DNA from: a virus | Strand: one strand, 5' to 3' | DNA length: 64,000 bases | Virus record (IMG/VR): IMGVR_UViG_3300034069_001196 | Span: 1 to 64,000 of that record | Shown: positions 15,491 through 23,914 of the stretch, piece after piece | Position numbering within the stretch: position 1 is the stretch's first letter | How the letters are laid out: each line of letters begins with the position of its first letter | Notes under the pieces: generated by a model | Told to the model about the DNA's origin: nothing | Databases searched by the model: none | Seen by the model: the letters and a program-made list of their open reading frames with translations, nothing else | Translations under genes and position numbers: made by a program

Positions 15491-16579
15491 ATGTCCAAGC
15501 CCTTTCAGATCACGCTCATTCCCGGCGCCGCTGAGCCGAAGCTCAAGCCCGGCTGGCACAAACGCGCCCTCACGGCCTCGAAGCGCTTCACGCCTTCCAC
15601 AGCGCCTCAGCGCGGCGATTCTCGCGCGGATGCCAAGGCGGTCGAATATGCGCTTTGGCTGGCCTCCCGCGACGGCCTAATTATTCCGGGTGGCGACGTC
15701 GACACGCGAGTCGATTGGCAACCGTGCGCGCATGGCGTGCGGCCCCGTGCGGTCGAATGGGTCCCGGCGCGGCAACCCTACCGGCCGGCGGCCCGTGGCA
15801 TGGCGCAACCCGCCGTTGTGCCGCTCCTCCGAATCGAACTGCCGCATTGGGACTATGAGGCTCCCGCCGTGATCGAGGAGACGCTTCTTGAATGGGCGGC
15901 GCCTGTGGTGACTGAGCTCGATGCCTCCGCCCCATGCGCGGCTGATTCCGTGACCGCTGAGCCGATTGCGGCGGCGCCGTGCTCTCACCTGGAACCCATG
16001 GAGCTTTGCCCGGCAATTGGCATGCCTTGCACCGTCCATTGCGGGTTCCGGCCGACCTGTGTCCGTCGCGATGCGGGCGCCATCAAGGGAATTGCAGACG
16101 GTCAGGAAAGCGGATTGCAGACTTTGGCATCCTACGGAAAGCCTGACGACATTGCCGACCCACTAGACGCAATCGACGATGAGCCGTTGGCCGCGCTGTG
16201 CTCAGACGACGATGCGCCGACCGCGCCGGGTCCCGTCACCGTGCTGTGCCTATCCGATCGATCCCGTGCGCTTGTCCTGGCGCGAACCCATGGGCGCGCC
16301 GTCGAGGCGGCTGGCCATGTCGCCAAAGCCGGCGCGTTCCGCCTCAGCCTCGCCGATGCGCGAGCGTGCGCAGACATCAAGTCGGTTCGGTTCATCGGCC
16401 TCCCGCGCAAGGCTTACACGCGATCCGTGGTCGCCGTGCGGACCCCTGGAGTGGGAATTCAGGGTCCGACCCCACTCAGCGCAATTCTGGCAGACGTGGC
16501 GCCGCGTTCATGGGTTCATCCGATCGTTGCCGGGCTGGCGCGTCCGCCGGTAGTGCTTCACGCCGCGTCAAAGCTCTGA
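15491..16579 (+). CDS. hypothetical protein (362 aa), Cys-rich central segment
   Basis: ORF with SD GGAG. CSHLEPMELCPAIGMPCTVHCGFRPTC. No family recognised. Confidence 0.6.
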   Translation: MSKPFQITLIPGAAEPKLKPGWHKRALTASKRFTPSTAPQRGDSRADAKAVEYALWLASRDGLIIPGGDVDTRVDWQPCAHGVRPRAVEWVPARQPYRPAARGMAQPAVVPLLRIELPHWDYEAPAVIEETLLEWAAPVVTELDASAPCAADSVTAEPIAAAPCSHLEPMELCPAIGMPCTVHCGFRPTCVRRDAGAIKGIADGQESGLQTLASYGKPDDIADPLDAIDDEPLAALCSDDDAPTAPGPVTVLCLSDRSRALVLARTHGRAVEAAGHVAKAGAFRLSLADARACADIKSVRFIGLPRKAYTRSVVAVRTPGVGIQGPTPLSAILADVAPRSWVHPIVAGLARPPVVLHAASKL

Positions 16580-16586
16580 GGCATCT

Positions 16587-16862
16587 ATGTCCCGTCATTT
16601 CGACCACGAACGGCTCTCGGCGGATGAGTTTTCCGCCGGGCTCGATCAAGCGGATCTGTCGCCGATCGAGTTTCAGCGCCTCACCGGCGCAGGGCACAAC
16701 ACGGTGATGTCGTGGCTGAAGCCGGCCGGGCATCCCAAGGCGCAAGAGCCGCCCTTTTGGGTGACGACGTGGCTCAGCCTGTACCTTTTACCGGGCGGAC
16801 CTGACCGGGCCCGCGCCGTCGCCGAGTCCAAGCTGCTGAGAGATGACGATGACACAGCATGA
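16587..16862 (+). CDS. putative HTH DNA-binding protein
   Basis: SPIEFQRLTGAGHNTVMSWLKP resembles a Cro/XRE-type helix-turn-helix. Confidence 0.5.
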   Translation: MSRHFDHERLSADEFSAGLDQADLSPIEFQRLTGAGHNTVMSWLKPAGHPKAQEPPFWVTTWLSLYLLPGGPDRARAVAESKLLRDDDDTA

Positions 16863-17220
16863 CCCTCTAGAGGGAATGGCGCGGGCGCTTGTGCTGGCGG
16901 CCATGCCGGCGCTCTCGGCGGCTCTGATGCGCGGGACGGTCTACCAGCGGGCCGCTGAGCAGTATCTATCGGTTGCCATGCCCGGATGGATCGCGCGGCG
17001 CGGCGAGGCTGTTGCGGCCCGTGCTGCTGCCAATCTCCGGCGCATCAACGCCGCGACCGTGCTGACGCCCTACGGCCTCGAACTGTGGATGCGTGAGTAT
17101 CCACTCGTGGGAATTCCGAGGCTGACCCCACCCGAGGCAAACGACAACACCAAGACGCCGCGTCGACGCCGTCATGTCTGGGACTGGCTATGCCGACTCA
17201 GGCCTGCGTCCAAGGCTTGA
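16843..17220 (+). CDS. hypothetical protein
   Basis: 125-aa ORF overlapping the upstream gene by 20 nt. Last gene of the plus-strand island. Confidence 0.45.
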   Translation: MTMTQHDPLEGMARALVLAAMPALSAALMRGTVYQRAAEQYLSVAMPGWIARRGEAVAARAAANLRRINAATVLTPYGLELWMREYPLVGIPRLTPPEANDNTKTPRRRRHVWDWLCRLRPASKA

Positions 17221-17366
17221 AGGACAAGCAGGCGAATCGCTTCGGCCCGGCTTGGAATGGGCCGGCGGATGCTCCGCCACTGATCTATGCGGTCGATCAG
17301 CGAGACCGGCGCCACGATTTGCACCCGAACAGTGTCTGATTCCGCATCGAGTTTCGGCCTTGCCAT
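17172..17366 (-). CDS. ribbon-helix-helix (CopG/Arc-like) protein
   Basis: Internal ATG at 17366. MARPKLDAESDTVRVQIVAPVSLIDRIDQWRSIRRPIPSRAEAIRLLVLQALD shows a beta-strand, helix, helix pattern. Confidence 0.6.
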   Translation of the reverse strand: MARPKLDAESDTVRVQIVAPVSLIDRIDQWRSIRRPIPSRAEAIRLLVLQALDAGLSRHSQSQT

Positions 17367-17632
17367 TCGAGATTCGGAATCACCCCTACCGAGGCAAATG
17401 GCATAGGGCAAATCAAGCTTCGCTTGCAATCTTGTGTAACATACGTCAGAGGCTGCGGTGAGTATTCGGCGCGGCCAAATCCCCTGCGTAATCAACTAGG
17501 GGGTGCGGATAGTGCATTCGTCGTTGCGTTTTTGTTCTCATGTGAGATTTTGCTTCATCCGCGAGTGGGGTCCCCATGGATGGTATCAGCATAACGCCCG
17601 TGCGCGGGAAACACCTGTCGCCTGGTTGGTAC

Positions 17633-17893
17633 ATGGCTAAGCATCGGAAATCGGCTCCCGAGACACGATGGTCGCTCGTTTGGGTCTATCGCCTTGAGGA
17701 AGGCGATTCGACCAAGGTTGCGGTTCTGCAGGTCGGATCCGACGTGCCGGAGTCGCCGAAGAACTGGCGGTTTCGGCTGAAGCTTCTCGGCGTCGAGGGG
17801 ATTCCTGATCGGCCCAAGCCCCTTCCGAAAGCTGAGACGGCGCAGGTAATCCCAATCCGGTTCGAGCCGCCGCGAGGGCGCTACCTGTCTTGA
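17633..17893 (+). CDS. hypothetical protein (86 aa)
   Basis: MAKHRKSAPETRWSLVWVYRLEEGDSTKVAVLQVG... Hand-counted GC3 is about 70%, against about 48% for the overlapping minus-strand frame. Confidence 0.45.
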   Translation: MAKHRKSAPETRWSLVWVYRLEEGDSTKVAVLQVGSDVPESPKNWRFRLKLLGVEGIPDRPKPLPKAETAQVIPIRFEPPRGRYLS

Positions 17894-18950
17894 AGAAGGT
17901 CGCCAGCGCGTCGAGCGCCGCAAGTGTCGTCGCCCCGATGGTGCGCTCCGTTCCGTAGCCGGCGCGCACCAGGGCGACGAAGGTATGGCGATGGTAGATC
18001 CAGAGCCGGAGCATCTCGACCACGTTGGCGCCGAGGGCGTTCGTGATGTCGCCCATTTCCGCGAGGCCGGCGGCGCGCTTCGCCATCACCAAGGCGCCAG
18101 GTCCGTGGCCTGAGCCGCTCTCATGCTCGAATCGTGGCTCTGGGAACAGGCCGGAGTCCGCGGTGCCGCACAGATCGTCAAACCGCTCCATCGTCTCCAG
18201 CCGGGCGCGCGTGCGCTCCTGCGGCTTCCTGATGAGACTGGCATAGTCGCGAAGGCTGGCGACCGCGATGCCGCGCCCTCTCCCACCCGAGGCAATTTCC
18301 CGTTGGCCGGCGGCCGTCATCGGATCGCCGACCACGCCGAGATCGGTCCGGCGCTTGGCCTCGTTCTTCACCTGCGACTCACGGCGGCGCTTCGCCTTGA
18401 TGGCCATCTTCAGTTCGCGCGCCAGATCGCGCGACGTGCCGGCCTGGACCCGCTCCGCCTCGGCCCGCCACTCGACGGCCTGCTGGCGCGCTCGTGCTGC
18501 CCCACCCGTGGAAATCTCGGCCTTGCTCTTGTCGCCGGCGCGGCTGTAGGCGCGGGCATTCTTCTCGAACCGGGCAACGTCCTCCTCCAGCGCGGCGGCG
18601 GTCTGCAGGGCCTCGCTGTAGGCGTCGAGGGGGTCGATCGCTGGCAGGGCGGCGGCAGCGGCTGCGGCGAGCTCCTGAGCCCGCACCATTTCCATCGCGC
18701 GCTCGGCCGCCGTCATCTTCGCCAGCGCCTGCTCGCGAGCCCGCTGGTCGAGGCGCTCGATGTCACGGCGGTGCTGCTCGGCGATTCGCTCCTGGCGGGC
18801 CGCGGTGGTGGCATACCCATTCGCTTTGTCGGGCTTGCCCTGAGTCCTGCAGGATGCCTCCCGCGCCCGGTATTCGGCTGCCCTGGCCTCGGCCTTCTCA
18901 GCGCGCTCCCGCAGGTCGGCGCGACGCTCAGCGTGTGTTCCCCAAGCCAT
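17637..18950 (-). CDS. hypothetical protein downstream of DnaB (Ala/Glu/Arg-rich coiled coil plus globular C-domain)
   Basis: 437-aa ORF. The last roughly 85 codons overlap the plus-strand ORF 17633-17893 and look non-coding by composition. Confidence 0.55.
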   Translation of the reverse strand: MAWGTHAERRADLRERAEKAEARAAEYRAREASCRTQGKPDKANGYATTAARQERIAEQHRRDIERLDQRAREQALAKMTAAERAMEMVRAQELAAAAAAALPAIDPLDAYSEALQTAAALEEDVARFEKNARAYSRAGDKSKAEISTGGAARARQQAVEWRAEAERVQAGTSRDLARELKMAIKAKRRRESQVKNEAKRRTDLGVVGDPMTAAGQREIASGGRGRGIAVASLRDYASLIRKPQERTRARLETMERFDDLCGTADSGLFPEPRFEHESGSGHGPGALVMAKRAAGLAEMGDITNALGANVVEMLRLWIYHRHTFVALVRAGYGTERTIGATTLAALDALATFFKTGSALAAARTGLGLPAPSQLSEGAWADQESPRRREASAETASSSATPARRIRPAEPQPWSNRLPQGDRPKRATIVSREPISDA

Positions 18951-18954
18951 TACG

Positions 18955-20712
18955 CTACTCGGCTATCAGTTCGACGAGGTAGACCACCTTGGTGCCTTCC
19001 GAGTTGTTGAAGCTCTCGGTCAGCTTGTGGCGGCGCAGATTGTCCGAGGCCGCCTGCAGCTTCCTGGCGCCCTCCGCAGGAGGCAGATCGGCGACCACGC
19101 GCTCGAAGAAGACCTTCTTCGCCTCATCTCGAGGGATCAGCATAGCGTTCGGCGGCAGGCCCGGCTTTGCCTCGATGTCGGCTATCGTGGGCCGAGTGCC
19201 GAACACGCTGGACAATTCGCGGAGGATCTCGCGCAACGCCATGCCGTGATCGGTGAGGGTGACCTTCTTGGTGCGAGCTTCCTCCGGATCGGCAAAGCGA
19301 TGCGGCGGCTCCGGGGTGAAGCGGGTAAACTCGCCGACAAAGCCCAACTCCACGGTGCCGGTGCTGCCGTGGCGATTCTTCGCGACGTGGACCTCAGCGA
19401 CGCCCTCCCACTTGTTCATTTTGGCGTACCAATGCCCGAGCGCCTCGCCCTCCTCTCGAGGCTTGGCGTTCCGGAGGTAATATTCCTCCCGGTAGATGAA
19501 CACGACGGCGTCGGCATCCTGCTCGATCGAACCGGACTCGCGCAGATCCGCAAGCATGGGGCGCTTGTCGTCGCGCTTCTCGACGTCTCGAGATAGCTGC
19601 GAGAGCGCGATGATCGGGATGTTGAGTTCCTTGGCCAGCGCCTTCAGCCCGGTGGTGATTTCGGTCACCTCCTGCGTCCGGTTCACGTCGCGCCCCTTGC
19701 GCTCATTCCCCGAGAGCAATTGCAGATAGTCGATCACCAGCAGCTTCAGCCCACGGCGCTTCTTCAGGGCTCGAGCCCGCATCTTGACCTGACCGATCGA
19801 CAGGCCGCCGGTTTGGTCGATCTGCAACGGCAGTCCGCGAAGATCGCGCTCGGCATCCACGAAGGCCTGCATCTCCTCTGCCGTCGCGAGCCCCTTGAGC
19901 AGCTTCTTGGCAGAGACAGACGCCATGTCGGAGATGATGCGGTGCTTGATCTGGGCGCCGGACATCTCGAGGCTCGAGAAGCCGACGACCCCCGGCTCAT
20001 CGCCGGCCTCTGCTCGAGACTTCAGGTATCGGGCCGCCGAGACCGCGATGTTGGAGGCGAGGGCTGATTTCCCCATACCGGGGCGACCCGCAACCACGAT
20101 GACATCCGAGTTCTGGAGGCCGTTCAGAACCTCGTCGAGGCGCGGTAGGCCGGTCGACATGCCGACGATGCCGCGCTGCTCCTTGTAAGCCTCGTGGACC
20201 TCTGCCGTGGAAATGTCGTCGAAGCTGTAGAAGCCTTCATCGTCCTTCTGGACGGACGGTCGCAGCGCCTCGAGGGCACGCTCCGATTCGGCGAAGATCG
20301 TCTCCGCTGTGGCCTCGACCGGCGCCTCATAGGCGATCGAGGCGAGCCGCTCCGACATAGCGACGAGCTCGCGCCGCAGGTGCAGGTCGCGAACCGTCCG
20401 GGCGTAGCTCGGCGCGTTCATCACCGTGGTCGCGCTGGTGGCGAGTCCGGTCATGTAGGAGAGCAGGGTCTTGCCCTCGCCGAATTCTGGGTTGCCGAGA
20501 TAGGTCTTGAGCGTGACGGGCGTGGCGACTTGGCCCTTCCCGATGATCGCCGCTATGGTGGACCAGATCGCTTGGTGCATCTCCTCGTGGAAGTGCTCCG
20601 TGGCGACGATGGCGGACACCTTCATGAAGGCGTCGTTGTTGAGGAGGACCGCACCAATTAGTGCCTGCTCTACGTCGATGTTGAAGGGAAGCGTGCGCTC
20701 CTGCTGACTCAC
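18955..20712 (-). CDS. dnaB: replicative DNA helicase DnaB-like, with C-terminal extension of about 130 aa
   Basis: Walker A GRPGMGKSALASN. LKLLVIDYLQLL. ALSQLSRDVEKRDDKRPMLADLRESGSIEQDADAV. GTG start. Confidence 0.9.
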   Translation of the reverse strand: MSQQERTLPFNIDVEQALIGAVLLNNDAFMKVSAIVATEHFHEEMHQAIWSTIAAIIGKGQVATPVTLKTYLGNPEFGEGKTLLSYMTGLATSATTVMNAPSYARTVRDLHLRRELVAMSERLASIAYEAPVEATAETIFAESERALEALRPSVQKDDEGFYSFDDISTAEVHEAYKEQRGIVGMSTGLPRLDEVLNGLQNSDVIVVAGRPGMGKSALASNIAVSAARYLKSRAEAGDEPGVVGFSSLEMSGAQIKHRIISDMASVSAKKLLKGLATAEEMQAFVDAERDLRGLPLQIDQTGGLSIGQVKMRARALKKRRGLKLLVIDYLQLLSGNERKGRDVNRTQEVTEITTGLKALAKELNIPIIALSQLSRDVEKRDDKRPMLADLRESGSIEQDADAVVFIYREEYYLRNAKPREEGEALGHWYAKMNKWEGVAEVHVAKNRHGSTGTVELGFVGEFTRFTPEPPHRFADPEEARTKKVTLTDHGMALREILRELSSVFGTRPTIADIEAKPGLPPNAMLIPRDEAKKVFFERVVADLPPAEGARKLQAASDNLRRHKLTESFNNSEGTKVVYLVELIAE

Positions 20713-20724
20713 GGGCGCACCAGA

Positions 20725-20967
20725 TCAATAGCGGGGACGCGGGTTGGCGAGACAGAGAGCGGCCCGAGCCTTCGCGGCGCGCTCGTGATGCATCTTCCGT
20801 TCGGTGAGGCTTCGGCGGTCGTAGCAGCGCGCGGCGTGCTCATCGCAATAGACCGCGCCATCCTCCTCTGTCGGCTCAGCGCAGAACAGGTGCAGCTTTG
20901 CGCCGTCGGGCGTGATCGAGAATTTGCATTGGTTGCGGCACAATTCGTAGATGGGTTTGGCGGTCAT
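20725..20967 (-). CDS. small protein with a GcrA C-terminal-domain-like Cys motif
   Basis: CKFSITPDGAKLHLFCAEPTEEDGAVYCDEHAARCY aligns with my recollection of Caulobacter GcrA CKWPIGDP..FTFCG...GPYCVEHARVAY. The GcrA N-terminal DNA-binding domain is absent. Confidence 0.6.
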   Translation of the reverse strand: MTAKPIYELCRNQCKFSITPDGAKLHLFCAEPTEEDGAVYCDEHAARCYDRRSLTERKMHHERAAKARAALCLANPRPRY

Positions 20968-21533
20968 TTCGCGGATACCCCGAATTTCTCAATTTCGGTG
21001 CCCCACGATTCCCAGCCAGGGCGTCGCTCGCGGCTGAAGACGTCGGCGCGCCGTGCGTTCGGCATGAGGCGCTCGGCCTCGACATACGCCTCGTCCGGCT
21101 TGCGGCTGTGCTCGCGGACCGGGCCCATGATGAGGCTGCGGACAGAGCGCGTGGTCTTGGGTTTGCCCTTGGCGCCGATGAGGATCTGCTCGCTGGCGCA
21201 CCGGAAGACAAAGCCGGTGCCGAAGGCCTGCTTTCCGTTCTTCGTCATCTTGGCCCATGTCCCGGCCGTGACGAAGCGGTAGCCCCACGCTCTCAGTGTC
21301 TCGATGCCCTGAGGCAGCATCGGGTTGGTAGCCCATAGCCAGCAGAGCGAGTCAGGCTTTCCGAGGCCGGCGATCGGTAGGCGCTGGATCTGTTCCAGCG
21401 TCATGCATCCGTATTGAGCCTGCGCCGACTTCTCCTCGCCCTTTTCCGAATAAAGCGCGAAGGTCCACGGCGGATCGACCATAACGAGGTCGTAGGCGCC
21501 GACTTCCAGCGGATCGAATGGCCAAAACGACAT
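20964..21533 (-). CDS. MT-A70 family DNA N6-adenine methyltransferase
   Basis: DPPW catalytic motif (DLVMVDPPWTF). 189 aa. ATGA overlap with the downstream gene. Confidence 0.85.
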   Translation of the reverse strand: MSFWPFDPLEVGAYDLVMVDPPWTFALYSEKGEEKSAQAQYGCMTLEQIQRLPIAGLGKPDSLCWLWATNPMLPQGIETLRAWGYRFVTAGTWAKMTKNGKQAFGTGFVFRCASEQILIGAKGKPKTTRSVRSLIMGPVREHSRKPDEAYVEAERLMPNARRADVFSRERRPGWESWGTEIEKFGVSAK

Positions 21534-21536
21534 GGC

Positions 21537-21902
21537 TCAGCGTTCGGGGCGCACGAAGTCGAGGAGCGAGACCACCGAGCCGTTCGCCTCCGCAATGACG
21601 GCATCGAGGGATACGGGCGCGAGATCCGCCGCAGCCTCCTCGCGCTCGATCTCCCGGCGCACCCTGTCGTAGGCATCGCCATGCTGAGCGAGGAAGATCG
21701 CTTGGTCGCGGAGCCACTCAAGGCAATCGGCCATGCGGTCCTCGTTCACGGCTTCGCTGATGGCCGCGCGGATCGTCCCGCCGTAGATGTCGTCAACCGC
21801 CGCCGCGATTTTGCGTATGTCGTGAGCGTGATCCCTGGCGCGGCGTGTGTGGACCTCAGCCGCGACGGCAGCGGCGCTCCAGGGGCAAGGTTGCGGCAGC
21901 AT
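21537..21902 (-). CDS. hypothetical protein
   Basis: ATG at 21902 with GAGGAAAA upstream. High GC3 from the first codons on. Confidence 0.55.
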   Translation of the reverse strand: MLPQPCPWSAAAVAAEVHTRRARDHAHDIRKIAAAVDDIYGGTIRAAISEAVNEDRMADCLEWLRDQAIFLAQHGDAYDRVRREIEREEAAADLAPVSLDAVIAEANGSVVSLLDFVRPER

Positions 21903-22249
21903 TTCAGGGTTTTCCTCGGTTCGGTGTGAAGCCAGTAGCCGGCGCCCTCGATCGTCTCGATGGTCATGCCGAGCTCGGTCAGCACGGCGTCGCTGGCGGT
22001 GATGAGGTCGCTGATGCGCTGAGCCGAGACATTCAGATTTCCCAGCGCAACGCCGATCGCCTCGCGCGCCTGCAGCATGTCGGCGGATCGGAACATGAGC
22101 GCGAGGAAGCGGAAGTGCTGGCCGGGGTGGATCGTCCAGCGATCCAGCCCTCTCCTGATCATCCGAGCGTCGTAGTCGATGACGACGGCGTCCCGGTTGT
22201 CGATGGCGGCGTACTTGCCGTCACGATGAGCGTGCAGCACCCGAATCAT
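21746..22249 (-). CDS. putative winged-helix regulator (OmpR-like C-terminal wHTH)
   Basis: ATG at 22249 (ATGA overlap). ...RISDLITASDAVLTELGMTIETIEGAGYWL. The last roughly 50 codons overlap the next gene and look like a read-through tail. Confidence 0.5.
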   Translation of the reverse strand: MIRVLHAHRDGKYAAIDNRDAVVIDYDARMIRRGLDRWTIHPGQHFRFLALMFRSADMLQAREAIGVALGNLNVSAQRISDLITASDAVLTELGMTIETIEGAGYWLHTEPRKTLKCCRNLAPGAPLPSRLRSTHAAPGITLTTYAKSRRRLTTSTAGRSARPSAKP

Positions 22250-23175
22250 GATACGGGCTCGATCGCGCGAAGCTGGTAGAAGTTGCCGACAAGCCCGATG
22301 ACTTGAACGCCGATCTCTATCAGCCGAGCATTTAGCTTCCCGACATCGAGGTCGAACCTCGCACCGGTTCTGTAGCCGCAGATCTTGAGTGCCTCGTCCA
22401 ATGCCGCCGGCAACCCGGAGTTGAGCAGAACGAGCAGGCGAAGCTCCCACCGGACCAACTGAATGGTCTCCTCGTCGAAGGTCGCCTTGCAGTCTTTGAG
22501 GTCGAGGAGGAGGATCTCGCCAGATTGCTTGGCTCGCGGCAGGTTCGGCTCGTCCTCTGCGAGGCGCCGCAGAAACTTCGACTTCGGCTTCCTCCGCCTA
22601 TCCGTCTCATCGCCATGTCGGAGGAGGTCGCCGGCCGCTGCTCGGCTATCGCCACTTGCTCGCCCTGACCGGATCTGGATAGCGACCGCGAACCGTGTGA
22701 TGCCAGCCCGACGCGCTATCTCATCGACTCCGAGCGCCTCTGGCAGCACGTAGAGGTTGAGCACAGCATCCAGCGGGGAGACCGTAGCGTCCGGACCGGC
22801 CTCGGGATCATTACGGACCGCAACGATCCGCTCCTCCGAGGCCGCATCCGCGACAGCTTGCTCAGGTTCGGCGACTAGACGCCCGCGCGCTACCCCCGGC
22901 GCCACTACACCTGAGCCGTTATTACCCTCCTCGCTGTCCTGAGCCTGAGGGCGGAACTCCGGGGATTCCTGAATTACGGGCGCATTTCCTTTTTCCGAAT
23001 TAACGCGCTCACAGATCGGCGCCGAAATTCGCTCCTCGCCGGCCATGAACTCCAACTGGATCCGGAGCAGATTGCTGCGCCGGAGCGCCTCGATCGCCAA
23101 CCTCGACGCTTCTGCCCCGAGCTTCACGATCTCGTTCTGCTCGTGAACCAAAGCGTCCAGCATCGAGGTCGGCAT
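22246..23175 (-). CDS. hypothetical protein with C-terminal wHTH-like segment
   Basis: Internal ATG at 23175 (MPTSMLDALVHEQNEIVKL...). C-terminus is ...LNARLIEIGVQVIGLVGNFYQL. Confidence 0.5.
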   Translation of the reverse strand: MPTSMLDALVHEQNEIVKLGAEASRLAIEALRRSNLLRIQLEFMAGEERISAPICERVNSEKGNAPVIQESPEFRPQAQDSEEGNNGSGVVAPGVARGRLVAEPEQAVADAASEERIVAVRNDPEAGPDATVSPLDAVLNLYVLPEALGVDEIARRAGITRFAVAIQIRSGRASGDSRAAAGDLLRHGDETDRRRKPKSKFLRRLAEDEPNLPRAKQSGEILLLDLKDCKATFDEETIQLVRWELRLLVLLNSGLPAALDEALKICGYRTGARFDLDVGKLNARLIEIGVQVIGLVGNFYQLRAIEPVS

Positions 23176-23179
23176 CGAG

Positions 23180-23413
23180 CTACTCCAGGGTCTCAGCGAA
23201 AAACTGCGCGGCGTATCGGAGGTCCGGAGGTGCGTGGTCGCGGCAGTAGAAGGCTTTGCCGTCGCCCCACGGACCGAATGCGCCGCAGGCACATGCCTCT
23301 TGGGATAGGTCCGGCCCTGGCGCGTGCTTGGCGTCTTGCTTCAGCTTCGCTCGGGCGGCTTCCTCGGCGGCAGTGTCGCCGAGGCCTTTGAAATCGATCC
23401 GGGCCGTTGCCAC
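23180..23413 (-). CDS. hypothetical small protein (weak GcrA-C-terminal-like motif)
   Basis: GTG start at 23413. CACGAFGPWGDGKAFYCRDHAP. Confidence 0.45.
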   Translation of the reverse strand: MATARIDFKGLGDTAAEEAARAKLKQDAKHAPGPDLSQEACACGAFGPWGDGKAFYCRDHAPPDLRYAAQFFAETLE

Positions 23414-23416
23414 GGA

Positions 23417-23854
23417 TCAGGCAGCTTCCGCCGTCGCCCGCTGCCCGAGGCCGAGCGACTTCGCCAAAGCCGACCGCTTCTCCGAGTAGCTCGGGGCGAC
23501 GATCGGATAGTCCTCCGGCAGGCCGTAGCGCTCGCGATAGCCGCGCGGGTCGAGCCCGTGCCGCCGGAGGTGCCGCTTCAGCGTCTTGTAGGGCTGGCCG
23601 TCGATGAAGCTGATCAACGCGTCGTTGGTCACCGACCGCTTGATCTCGGCCTTGCTGGGCTTCTCGACGGTGCCGCCCAACACAGGCACCTCAGGCTCGC
23701 CTCCGATGGCTTTGCGGACCTTCAGGAACAGGTCGGGAAGCTCATCGCTCTTGATGCTGTTGTGGGAGACGAAGCTAGCGACCAGCGTCACTGCCATAGA
23801 GTTGATCTCATACTCGCGGTCAGCCGAAAACGACTTGTCGTTGGTATCGGTCAT
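23417..23854 (-). CDS. MucR/Ros family transcriptional regulator lacking the two zinc-binding cysteines
   Basis: YKTLKRHLRRHGLDPRGYRERYGLPEDYPIVAPSYSEKRSALAKSLGLGQ matches the Ros/MucR core. The CxxC position reads SFID. Confidence 0.85.
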   Translation of the reverse strand: MTDTNDKSFSADREYEINSMAVTLVASFVSHNSIKSDELPDLFLKVRKAIGGEPEVPVLGGTVEKPSKAEIKRSVTNDALISFIDGQPYKTLKRHLRRHGLDPRGYRERYGLPEDYPIVAPSYSEKRSALAKSLGLGQRATAEAA

Positions 23855-23914
23855 GTCTGGATTTCCTTCGGGGGTGCCGTTGGGATTTCAGGATTTAGCA
23901 AATTCGGAATTTCG

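Noticed and set aside
17172-17366. RHH protein as the antitoxin of a toxin-antitoxin pair.
   Set aside because: There is no co-directional toxin-sized ORF adjacent. The downstream DNA on that strand is the 3' end of a convergent plus-strand gene.
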